A DNA stretch of 63,822 nt, filler included, from Psammoneis japonica (lineage: Eukaryota): the NCBI GenBank assembly GCA_008632985.1. It is 4 parts of 4 records of this genome, joined end to end, with 100 filler letters (N's around TTAATTAATTAA, not from the genome) between each part and the next. Parts side by side here need not be neighbours in the genome. Positions count along the whole stretch, not along the records: positions 20,163 to 40,169 come from QPGO01000455.1; 3 more parts are not named here. The stretch is one strand, 5' to 3'. Under the pieces are notes generated by a model. It did no database searches. It saw nothing but the letters and a program-made list of their open reading frames with translations, and was not told where the DNA came from. Shown piece after piece: positions 23,961-35,704 of this stretch; position 1 is the first letter of the stretch, and each line of letters opens with the position of its first letter. The position numbers were made by a program, and so were the translations under genes.

Positions 23961-25369
23961 GTTTGGGTGGATGGCTGGTCAGATGTGGCATTGTTGCCTG
24001 ATTTTGGCAAATTGAGAAACTGGATGGCCTGGGTGGGATCCATGATTTCCGGGTTGCTTTGTTGATTGGTGACCTGTGCAGAAACAGAGAATGAGCACTT
24101 AAACCTCAGAGATGGAGATTTTCTGTGTGTGCAAAAATTGCAATTTTGGCATCGCTCCCATTGAAGCTGCCTGTGTGCGTTTCTACACGTGCTCTGGCAC
24201 AGATGCCTCCCTTCTCAAACGGTGTGTTGCTTGGTCTCACACGCTCCTTTCGGGAACATCCACCAATGGCACACCCTCATTTCAGCATGACAAGTGATGT
24301 TTCTCAGTGGAAAACAACTGGCGTCGACGCCTCATGGGTCGCAAGCTGCTTGTCTTTTCTGGTGATTTTTTGCCGATTCAGAAATTTTTCCACTCAGGAT
24401 CCAGTGCAAATTCTGCGCATTTCAGGAATTGACACCGACAATCGACTTTTCAAATCTCTGAACTGTTCATGCCCACACCTGCCTGTTCTCAGCAACCCCC
24501 CTTCTTCCTGTTGGCCAACTGCAGTCTTTCCTTCATGTGGGGAAAGAAACATTTCCATTGATGCACTTTTGAGTGTGAGATTGAGCTCTCCCTTGGAGTC
24601 ACTTGATTTTCGTCCATCCGCTGCACATGTCGGCACTTCTGCGCAGAACCCAGTGTCGTTTCTACATGTGTCAAAATTGCCGCCATTTTCCGATGCGTTG
24701 CAACATCAAGATCTGCCCTTCCATGCCTGCAAGTCCAGAACGACCTTCCTTCTAATTGCCAACACACCAAGCTGCCTCCTTTGAGTGGCGAACATTCTGC
24801 TCTCGTTCCAGCCCTGCAAAGCATGAAATCAAGTCTGTCTGTGTTGATGGCGCATGCCTGTCACGGAAGCAAATGTTCTGCCCCAGATTCAGTGTTGGGT
24901 TTTTCTACGTCGGAAGTTGCTGTTGCCAGCTGTCACCCTGTCAAGTTCCCAAGTCATCCATCCCCCTGTCTGCCAGTTCCCAGCAACCATCCTTCCACTG
25001 CTGTCTGCCAGCAATTCAAGATCACTGTTCCAAACTGTGCACCCCACACTGTGGTGGCTGCACTCAAGGGTTTGGAGTTCCCGTGCTTTCTTCAAGGTGC
25101 GCTGCTGTTTCTGAACCAAGTTCTTCTGAATGTCATTGTCTTTTGATGTTGTTTTGTGGCCACCATGGCTCCTTTCTCAACGAAAGCAAGAAATCCTTTT
25201 AAGTGTTGTCATCTCAACGTCGTCTTTCACTTTGGCTGGGCATCATCTGCTGCAGATGGTGCCTTTTCTGGCCAGTTGACATGCATCCCTGCCGCACGCA
25301 GGTGCACTGGGGGTGTGGGTCAGCTTGTTGCCAGAGTTGCAGGGCGGGAGTGCAATGGCACCTTAAAAA

Positions 25370-25710
25370 CAGATTTTTGGTTTTGTGTGTGCAAAAATCA
25401 TGAGCTTGTTTTACGCAGAGCATGCGCACGTGCGACAGCAAGACATGTGGAGTTTGAGTCCTTTCACGGAATCAGTCATGCTCGGTGCTGTGTGCATCCT
25501 GCGCATGCCCTTCATGCAAGGTGAGTCACGTGCGCGATGGCCAGTCGCGCCGGTCTCAGTCGCGTGGATCTCCCGTAGACCATCGCAGGTCTTGCGCCAG
25601 GAGTCGCGTCGTCCAATGCGTGCTTCTGCGGGATCAGCGTCGCTGTGGACAGCCTGCAGATGCAGGAAAGTGGCATCATCGGCGGCCACGGCAGGGATGC
25701 CTGCTGCACT
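25370..25710 (+). repeat. Dispersed repeat shared with 28513-28877; its start also occurs at 24071-24145
   Basis: tgtgtgtgcaaaaat...gcagagcatg...gcgcatgcccttcatgcaaggtgagtcacgtgcgcgatgg...ggcggccacggcagggatgcctg present in both long copies. Confidence 0.8.
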
Positions 25711-28700
25711 CGCCCCTGTGACAAGGTCGCACGAGTGACAGAAGGGTCCTGCTGCTGGAAAAAGGACATTTTTTTGGTGTGTCCAAAAAACCAGCACACA
25801 TGCCTTCTCATGCACGAAGGATGTCATTGTCATTGTGACCATTTCAGCAGACATTTCCCCACTCATGTGTGCGTCAGTCGTTTTTTGAGCTGACGTCATG
25901 AAGCGGAGCATGCACCTCCTGTTGCGCGTGGCATCTGACGTCATCAAAGCTTGCTTCTTCGACTCGCTCGGCGTGCGACTCTCACGACTGACTCACAGCA
26001 GTTGTTTGGGGCCTTGCGTGGAATCATCGGATCATCTGCCGCACCACACAGCGGTTTCAGCGTGAAAACGGTGAGCGTGTCTGTCTGTGAAAAAAAATTG
26101 TTTGGGTGTGCCACATGAATGAGGAATTGGGAATTTTGGAATCTTCAAATTGTTGAAAACACAACACTGTCACCGCACAAAAAAAATTTGTTGCTCAGAA
26201 CCGCAGTCACCATGAATCGACAACAGCCTGTTCTGCTTCATGCAAACTGCTGACACTGAGGAAAAAATGAGATGTGTTGTCGTTCATGGTGTTTTCGAGG
26301 CAACACATCGTTTTTTCCTCAGTCAAAGACATTTTGATGCCGTTGTTGTTGACATGGTTGACAATGGCGGATGGAATCTTGCTTGTCTAGAATTCCATGT
26401 GAAGAACGCACCAGGTGTCGGCGTCAATTTCTTTTTGAGATGTGTTCCACTGTTGTCACTCCATTGACCATTGCCATTCTTCTCGGCGTCTTGCTCGAAG
26501 TGTCTCACATCTGTCAGCTCCCTGACATGTTGTGCTGCCTGATTGTGTGGCGCCATTTCCTGAGTGGAGCTGCACAGACCAACAGCATGGTTTTTTGCAG
26601 CCGCTCTGATCAACCACACTGTTTGTTGTCAAGAAATCCAACATCAGGCAAACAGCTCAAGGATTCAGGGGAAACATTGCAGCATCTCAATGATTCCGAA
26701 TTCTTTGCAATGCAGGAGGCACTCATGTGCAGACTGTGGCATTGGAATCTTGCTGCAAGAAGGTGACTTTCACATCTGTTTGCAGGCAAATCCAAAATGT
26801 TTTCTGACTCGCCCATGAACCAGATGACATTGAGCCATGGGAATCTGTTTCCAGCAAGTGAAATGACTCCAATGTCAATTCATGAGTGAGCCATGCAGCT
26901 GTTGCAGACATCTGACACTTGTGAGGACGATTCTCAAAGCCACAACTCTCAAACACCAACGAGTCACCAGTTGTTGATGGGGTGCAACCACAAGCTCTCC
27001 TGCAGAAGAGCATCATTGTTGTGCCAACAAGCCAAACAACAAAGCCCTGCTCTGCAAAACTTGCAGAGCAAGAGTTCGATGCCGCACAGCAAGGAATCAA
27101 GCTGCTGGAAAACTGCGTCCACGATGCACAAGACACAAGCTTGCATCTGCCAATGTTTCTCTGTCACCCCCAGCAAATTGCACAATGAGCGGCCCACCTT
27201 CCTTCCACCACAATGGTTTCCACTCAACAGAATCTCCAAGAAAAGTCTGTTGCAAGGACAACGAGCGTTGCGCCAATTCTTGTTCTTGACAAATGTCAAG
27301 GCGCGCTTCACGAAAGCCACCATCCCTCCCAACATTCTTGGCATGCATCGCTGTTTGTGTGCTGGCAAAACACAAGTCACAACCATGCCATTGAACAAAC
27401 TGTGAAAACGAAGCATCCGATCGACTCACCATGGGAGCCATGATGTGTGAAATGGGAGTGAACATGCCAAAACAGAAAGAAAAGGTGAAAAGAAGTGAGC
27501 AGCATGCCGGCGGAGAAGCGCGCTGCTCCGATGCATCATGCATGGGCAAAAAGCCCACTGTGAATCAACCCCATTTAACAAGAATCAGAAATGACAAAAG
27601 AATGTAAAAGCAACCCTCTTGTTGTCTTGTTCCTTTGCCATTGTCATGGTGACATGACAGCACGGCGGAGATGGAAAAAAGGTGAGAGATTGGGCAATGA
27701 GCACAGTTCACCGTTCTCCCTGAATCGTGTGTTGAAACCGCTGTGACCACTCTTGAGGGTCGCCTTGAGGGTCATCTTGCTTGAGGGTCATCTTGCTTGA
27801 GGGTCATCTTCATGAGGCACGGCACTGTGCGTCAGGTCAGGCAGAAGGTCTGTGACGTGTGCGGGATGCTGTGCATTGGAATGGCGCACAACATGGGCAT
27901 TAGCTCCAGGCCCTTTTTTGCAGGCCTTGCAGAAATGTGATGTCCATTCTACGTCCCAGAGACGTGGAAAATGTGCCATGGGCAATGTCACAAGTCATTT
28001 TCTGTTGACACTTTGTCTTGGGCCGTTTGGCACATCCAAGCTGCTGTTTTTGTGCAGTTTGCAGTGCTGCCTTCTTGGCAGTCATCAGTGTCAGCATCTT
28101 TCTCACCGGTGATGAATGAACTTAGAACAAGATTCTCAAATCGCTCACGAAACACAACATCTGCGGCGTTCGTGTCGAGCGGGTTGAACACTGGTGCTCT
28201 CATCTCGCGCTGACATCACGAGGTGTGCCACATTCAACGTGATTGATTCTCTCATTGTTCTGCATCGCTTTTGGTGCATCACCACCATTGTCAAGCGGCA
28301 AGTTCTTTGAATTTTGCTCGTGTGCGTTCTTCTCACCGCAAGAGTGCCATTTTGGCGATTTTTTGTTTTCTGCACTGCACTCCCAACTGAACAGTCATGG
28401 AGAACAGGAAAGTGACACAATGCAGCATCTTGCTCTTCTCTGCAGAACGGCTGACAATCATGGTGAGCCAAATGAAGGCTGTTTTTGCACTTGCCGGAAG
28501 TGACATTGCTGTGACCTGTGCAGAAATGGAGAACAAGTGCTTGAACCACAGAGACAGAGATTTTCTGTGTGTGCAAAAATTGTGAGCTCATTTCATGCAG
28601 AGCATGTGCATGTGCGACAGTGAGACATGCAGAGTTTGATTCCTTTCGTGGAATCAGTCACACTCGGCACTGCGCACATCCTGCGCATGCCCTTCATGCA

Positions 28701-28949
28701 AGGTGAGTCACGTGCGCGATGGTCAGTCACGCCGGTCTCAGTTGCATGGATCTCCCGCAGACCATCGCAGGTCTCGCACCAGGAGTCACATCATTCTGCA
28801 GGATCAGCGTCACTGCGGACAGCCCACAGACGCAGGAAAGTGGCATCATTGGCGGCCACGGCAGGGATGCCTGTTGCATGATCAGCGACCCCCCAAGTGA
28901 CTCGTGTTTCACCCAGGAACGGGTGGGAATGATTCTCTTTTCATTCCAA

Positions 28950-31900
28950 CCTTGCAGCAAGAACCTTTGTGACAGAAAGAATGACAACAACAAGTTCTGT
29001 GCCACCCGCCAGTTCTAAGATGACAGAGCACCACATCAATGCATGTGCGCATCCAGGCTCTCTTCCAGTTTGTACACCCTTTTGGACCTGCCGCAATCCA
29101 AAATGACTCGGGCTTGATTTGTGCTTCAAACAAAGGCATTGCACTGCAGCATTTGCTCTGCACTGAGACTGCACCACCGGTCTCTGTTTTCTTTGGTTTC
29201 CTTTCGTTCAAACCACCAAACCCGAGCAACAATCCATCCAGCATTGAATTGATTGGTTCCACAAACTCCCCCTTCCATCAATTTTTGAGGCTTTTCAAGT
29301 GACCAAGCAACAAAACAATCATCGTCAGGATGCATGCTTTTTTCTGCAGGATGAATTCTCACAATTGCAATGTCTCCTCTCTGAAGCCAATTGCAGAAAT
29401 CTTCCAACATGTGCCCGCCCCTTGTTTCCACTGCATTTGACGGTTGTGCTGGTTCGATCCGCACGGGTGCTGGCAGCGGGCCGCAAAGCCTTGTGAGTTC
29501 ACACTTTTTGTGCTGGCCTTTGAGGCAAGTTTCACAAGTGCAATTGTCCCGCCTGCAAATCAAATTTGAATCCGTCGCACTGCCACCAACAGACATGTAG
29601 AAGTGATCCAAGCTGGATCCTTTGTAGCCTCTCTTGGCATTGACAACTTGCTTGTCAAATGAATCAGAAGGACAGCACAAACAAACACAAAGATCCACGG
29701 CAAATGTTCCATCCTGCAAGCTTCTCATTTTTCCTTCTGGTTGCTGTGTTTTTCCAGAGCACCTTGTTTTGCCGCCGACATGTGCATGTCAAACTTCTGT
29801 CCATGTGTGAAACCATCAGCCGTGCATTTGCCATGGTGAGCCGGGTTTTGCATGTCTTCAGCTTCCACACCGTTCCTTGCCTGGAAGGTTTGCCAGCCAA
29901 AAAATGCTTTCATTCCTTGATGCTGTCCTTTGCAGCCATTGCATCGACATCGCAGTCGACGCATCATCCCAAAACAGTGGTTCCGGGGGACCGCTCCAAT
30001 CCATCAGGCCACTCGGCAATGGAGGATCTGACTCACTTCTGATTCCTCCGGGTGGTTGCTTTTCGTTGAGAAACGCCTCTCCTCTGCTTCCATTGGTGAG
30101 TTCCCCCTTTTTTGGGATGGAGATGACGTCAGTCACAGTGGTGTGATCACAAGCCGTGCTCCCGGATGTTTTGCTGTGTGCAAAAAACACCATGTTCTTG
30201 GCATGCATGAGTCGTTCCATGCCTTGCTTTTGAAGCTTCTTGGCAGCTCTTGGATGGTTGGTGGCAATTGACTCCACCGGCTCAACACAAGGGCTGTGTG
30301 TCACGTGTGCAACGTTTCAGTTGTGAGTTTCCGGATGGGAGCATGTCTTGTCGTGCTTCCGCATGGAATGGAGAACAGAGGAAAAGTTGCTCTGTGCATG
30401 TGCCACGTCTTTGAATTCATCTGGGCAGCTCTCATCTGTGGCAGGAAGGTGCAAGAAATGTCTGATTTCTCTTGGCTTCAAGCTCTGGTCATGCTTGACT
30501 TTCCAGCAGTGCTTGATGCAGTCCTCAAACATGTCCTTGAAACAAAACATAAATTCTTTTTGAGTGCCAACAACAGGAAGCCATTCTTCCTGCATTGTGA
30601 CTCCATTGTCACCGTGCGTGCCATCGTCGTCTTTCGCTTTGCTGTCTTTGCTTGACAGTCGAGCCACCTTGACCCATTTCTTGCAAATGAAGTGGTTGTC
30701 TGTCGTTTCATTGGGACAAGCACGCATCTTTCGGGTCATGCCATCACCAGTTGCTGGATCCATTTCAGTTGGTTCATCCACACTGAACTTGTTCCTTTGG
30801 TCCACACACTCCAGTGGCAGGGTCTGTTCACTCGTCTTCTGGCATGAGGCGCTTGCAAGCACCCATGCAGCAACGCCTCTTGAAACAGCAAAAATTGTTT
30901 GTGTCTGGGACAAATGATTCACCCCCATCCTCGTCTTGCTCTGCAAGGAGGTTGCCGTCCTCATCTTTCTTGCACACCGAATTTCCGTTTTTGTCAATTG
31001 CAGGCAGCAACAATTCTGGTGTTGTCTCCGGCTCACACAAAAGCTTCTCTAGACAGTCGCGAGCTGACGTGGAAAACTTCCCGCACACAGAATGACGGTT
31101 GCAGTTTCTGTGACATTTCTTGCAGGACCAGTCTCCAGATGTTTCAGCAGCACCCTCCATCTCTCGTTTTTTGACTGCTTGACGAGACCACTCCCTTCTG
31201 GCTTTGTTGCACAGTTGCAAGGATTCCGTGAATGCTGTGCACTTTGGGCACGAGCAGAAGCATGTGGCCATTTTCCACAAGCATGGGCAATTGCAACTGT
31301 GGAGAAGCTTTGAGCTCCCCTTTGTGCCATTTGGCCTGCTCAGCAATTTTGTGTCCTCCTGAATTTCCTTCCACACTGGACACGGTTTGTTTGGCTTGTC
31401 AGGATCAGCTCTGCTTCGACCCGTGAGCAAATCAAACACTTCTTCATCTGGCATCAGCATGCATCGGGCTTCGTGGAGATCATGCATCTGTTGCCCTTCA
31501 GGCACAACACCCACCGGCACAAAGTCCTCACGTTTGTTCACATTGTCTTGCTGCGACACTTCATCGGAATGCACAGCACTGGCAGAAACAGCTGCAGACT
31601 CATCACCTTGGGCAGCATTCGATGCATGTGGCAGCACGCAACCAAAACAATGAAGCAGGTTTGAGGACTGACGAGCCGGGGCAGTGGCATCCTCCCCAGT
31701 GTTTTGCTCCGACAGCCACTCTTCGAGTGAACAGAACATCAGATCCTCGTTGGAATGTTTCAGCTTGTCCACAAAGGCATGCAAGAAACGATTCACCAGT
31801 GGCACATTCTTCTGGCCCTCTGGTGCTTCATTGTTCAGAATTTCAGAGATCATGGCAACACCGTCGTCGCCAAATTCCTGAACCCATTTGTCCTCAACAG

Positions 31901-32560
31901 CCACTCCATCCTGAGCCGCAGTGGTGCACTCCTCTAGAGCCTCTGCCACCAGGTCATGTTCTTCAAGATCTGAAACAAAAGCACTGCCCTTCGCGGGTTC
32001 CCCTTTGAGCCAACAGGAACAAACAAGTGATGCCTCCTTCTGTGACTCCTCGCAATCTGCCTCATGTCATGCTCCATTGTCCAGAAGTCCCTGCAGCTTG
32101 CGCAAAATTTCTTCATGTTCCTTTTTGATCTCCTCATTGATGCTTTCCAACGCGGCTGCTTTGCAGTTGTCAAAAACTTCAACGCACTTGTTGAACATTT
32201 CCGTGTCGCAACTGGAAGTGTCCATCGCTCCTTCATGAGGTCTCGGCCTTGCATTGCTTGATGGAATGGAAGTGGGCACAAGAGTTGGGTCCCGGCCACG
32301 AAATCGACCACCCGAAACAGAAGCTGTGAGTGCTTCCGACTCACCCATTTGGGTCTTGGTGGTCGTGTCCATGCGCGGTGCTTTGCATGGATGAGATTGG
32401 CCGCATTTGCATCTCTTGCGCTCCCGTTTCTTCTTGTTTGGTGTTTTTTTTGCTTCCTGGACAAAGTGACAGTTGCAGCAATCACAACACCTTGTTCTTT
32501 TGCACCCCACAGAGTCGCTGCAGCTTGGCTGCGTGATGCAGCCTTGCAGCTCACTGTGTC
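28950..32560 (-). pseudogene. Sola2-like DDE transposase relic
   Basis: Ordered motifs CFCSCPKC, QS(N)FS, RC(N)GCKGQ(H)QG, PAHHGKCTADG and C-terminal CTCETC resemble the DF...DG..GQYK...HGKG..DG pattern I associate with Sola2. Two expected Asp positions read Asn, consistent with CpG->CpA. Confidence 0.55.
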
Positions 32561-32929
32561 ACGGGACAGTGTGTGAAACCTGAGTTGCAATGGACGGGAC
32601 CTCTGAACCATTGGTGACCGGATCTGGAATCAGCTCGTCGAGCTCATTCCAAATCCGTGCTCAAATGGATCGGAGCGGCTGTCCTCCCTTGCGTCTGTAC
32701 GTCGTCCGCACTGAATCTTGTTTTGCCACCAGTGGACACTCTGGCTGGCCAACCACCCATTCCCATGGTGAAAAATTGTGTGCTGCAACATGTGACAAAA
32801 AATCACGGTCTGCACAACCATCAAGGATTGAAACCTTGACATTCATGCCCACAATGGCAGCAAAAATTGCCCATGAGAAGGGTGGCCAGGATTGCCACAA
32901 TTTTTGCTCTGATGTTGTTGCATTGGCTG

Positions 32930-33940
32930 ACAAACAGTGCAAACAAGTCACATGTTTCCAGGTTGTGCACTGCCCCACAGCCAAAAGAAGCAATCTTTGC
33001 CTTTAGAGCCGCCATGAACAGTTGGGGAGAAATGTCGTCAAAACTGCCTGATGATGTGTTTGAGCTCTTGAGAGCTCGTCCAGCTTGAGACATCACAGCT
33101 CCAAGTCACCATGTTTGTCGTGAACTCTTCCTGATGCTGTGTCTGTGACTTGGCTGCGTCGTTGAATTGCCGTGGCCATCGCACTTCAGAAACGACATTC
33201 TTGACAAGAAAAAGTGTCTCTGGGACACCTCACAACAACAGAGACCCTGCAGAACAAAAGAACAATGTGGAAAGAGAAATTGCATGCAAAATGAATGGCT
33301 GCAAACATGTGAAGCCTCGACAAAACACACAGCACGAATTGCAGTGCATGAGGTTGGTTGTGATGCAACAGAAGCAACGTTGTCAATGCGAGCCTTCAGC
33401 AAGAATTTTTGCCATGATCTGCCCATGTGAGCCTGGATGTTCTCGAGCTTGTCTCGCAGAAGATGATGTGACAGTGCCGAGCTCCGTTGAGAGCATCCAG
33501 GTTCTGACCTGGAGATGATCACATTTTTCAATTTGGCAAAACGCCGTTGTTCGCGCCATTTTGCATGTCATTTTGAGCTGCGAGCCAGAGAACACTTCAA
33601 AAAACTGTTCTGCAGGGCAAAGTGCACTGAATCTACACAGGTTTGGGTTGTTCCAGGCCACGTAGAAAGTGAACGGGCCAAAAACTCTGGTGCACCCACT
33701 CAGACACATTCAACAACTGACTGACAACAGACCAGTTGACTGGTTTCCCAAAGCGTCGCTTGTGCTGTGCCCTTCCCCAGCTGCTCTCCGGCTGGCACCG
33801 TGGGACGCAGTCATTCAATTTAGATTGTGCCCGCAACGTCATTTGCAACAAACGTGACTGCCACCCTTCACACATTGTCTGCCAAACAGGTGTTGGCTCC
33901 AGCTCAGGTGTCTCAGTGCAACCCGCCACGTGGCTTTCCT
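32930..33940 (+). repeat. Dispersed composite repeat, also at 35848-36360 and 37895-38675
   Basis: Shared blocks gtcacatgtttccaggttgtg..., gttgagagcatccaggttc.gacct..., ctgcagggcaaa.tg..ctga.tct.cacag.tttgggttg. Confidence 0.8.
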
Positions 33941-34336
33941 GACGCGTTCCAGCCCTGGGTGGGAGCTCGCAGTGCTGACGTGTGAAAACAACAGCTTTTG
34001 TCATCCGTCGCATGTTTCGCACGTAGATTTCCACGTGTGACATTTAAAAAAAATTGTCCAGACTCGCTGTTTTGCGAAGCCCCAGACGTTTTACATGACA
34101 AATTTGTGGAAACAACAATGCGCCAGTTGCATTCTTCAATGTCTGAAGAACGCAACTGGCTGAGTAAAAAATGATGCACTTCAATCATGTGCGAGTTTGT
34201 GCGTTCGCAAAATTGCCTCATTTTCTGTTGGCGATCATTGACATTTTAATTGCCGCAAAATTTTGCTGCGGAGCTCGCACGCAGAAGTCTGCGGGCCCAA
34301 TGTCACACAGATTCCCGCCTGCATCTGGAGCGTGTC
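33941..34336. mobile_element. MITE, same family
   Basis: TSD TCCT; empty-site paralogue tggctttcctcatcccccaac at 36311-36331. Confidence 0.88.
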
Positions 34337-34611
34337 TCCTCATCCCCCAACCCACTGCCCCCCTCCTCCACTTTCCTGCCGATGGGCTCCAGCCCTGGGT
34401 GGGACTTTTTGTGACATTTGCCCCGCAGAATTCCATGTGCGAGCTCTGCAGTTTGCACTCTGGTCAATGGACATGTTTGTCTTTGACACAAAACAAATGG
34501 CCAAGTTTGCAGCGCGCGCATCTCTGTTCGCACTCGAAGCTGCAAAGGGTCCAAAATGGCAGAGGGCACAAAACCACAATGGCCAAAAATTGCTGAAGGC
34601 ACAAAATCATG

Positions 34612-35058
34612 TGCAACACACAGCTGCCAACAAGAGCCAATGCACCACGGCGACGTGTTGCAGCCTTCAAATGTCACAAAAGGCATGACAAAAACAACCT
34701 TTTGTCTGCGTGCATGCTGCATTGTGAATTCATGGCGGAGTGGTTCATCGCAACCATTGGGCAGGAGGCCAGGGGTTCGAAACCCTGAGTGGGAGTTGTC
34801 TGCAGCAACGTTGATCACTGTCGAACGCGCAAAACTCTGTGCAGTTCTGCGTGTTCCTTCGCACGCACCCACACTGTTCCGCCAAAACCGTGCAGTGTCA
34901 GCACACGTCAGCAAAGAGCCGCATGGACGCGTGGTGCATGGGGAGGAGTGCAACACACAGCTGCTGATGAGAGCCAATGCATCACGGTGACGTGTTGCAG
35001 CCTTTAAATGTCACAAAGGGCATGACAAAAACAACCTTTTGTCTGCATGCATGCTGCA
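34612..35058 (+). mobile_element. TRIM-like element, copy 2
   Basis: LTRs 34612-34721 and 34949-35058; PPT 34940-34948; TSD CATG. Confidence 0.9.
34733..34784 (+). promoter_or_regulatory. tRNA-type (Pol III type 2) A box and B box inside the TRIM
   Basis: TGGCGGAGTGG (34733-34743) and GGTTCGAAACC (34774-34784), 30 nt apart; identical in copies 3 and 4, one CpG-type change per box in copy 1. Confidence 0.6.
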
Positions 35059-35315
35059 CATGAGGGGCACCAAATGCAGCTGAGGGCCCAAAACCAAAAA
35101 AGGCACAAAATGGACAAGGGCACAAAGCCACAAAGGGCGCAAAATGGCCAAGGGCACAAAACCATGAGATGGGGCAAAGTGCTCAAGGGCACAAAAAAAG
35201 GAAAGGGCACAAAACAGCCAAGGGCAACAAAAGGTCAAGGGCGCAAAATCAAGAATTGCGCAACATGGCTGAGGGCACAAAATCTCAAAGGTGCCCCCAG
35301 CGCCAAACACTTGCA

Positions 35316-35704
35316 GACGGGCTCCAGCCCCAGGTGGGACTTTTTGTGACATTTGCCCCGCAGAGTTCCAAGTGCGAGCTCTGCAGTTCGTGCTCTGGCC
35401 AATGGACATGTTCATCTTCGACATGAAACAAACGGCCAAGTTTGCAGTGCATGTGTCTCTGTTCGCACTCGAAGTTTTGGACAACGCGCCTGCCCTGCGC
35501 CACTCTCAAGACACTCGAGAATGGCGCAGAAAAAAAAAATGTCAAAAGTTGTTGAATGGATCGCCTGACAATTGCACTGTAAAATGATGCAAAATTTTGC
35601 CAAAATCACGTAGAAATGCACGTGCGCGACATGCGACGCGATTCAAAAAACTGTCGATGTCGCAGCTCAGCAGTGCGAGGTCCCACCTGGACCTGGAACG
35701 CGTC
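35316..35704. mobile_element. MITE, same family
   Basis: TSD TGCA; empty-site paralogue gccaaacacttgcaccacaaa at 39386-39406. Confidence 0.88.

Noticed and set aside
28513..32822. GACCTGTGCAGA / TCTGCACAACCATC as TIRs of the Sola-like element
   Set aside because: Only a partial match, with no TSD.
34722..34795. Bona fide tRNA gene in the TRIM core
   Set aside because: No pairing acceptor or anticodon stem, and the D-to-T arm spacing is short. Reported only as A/B boxes.
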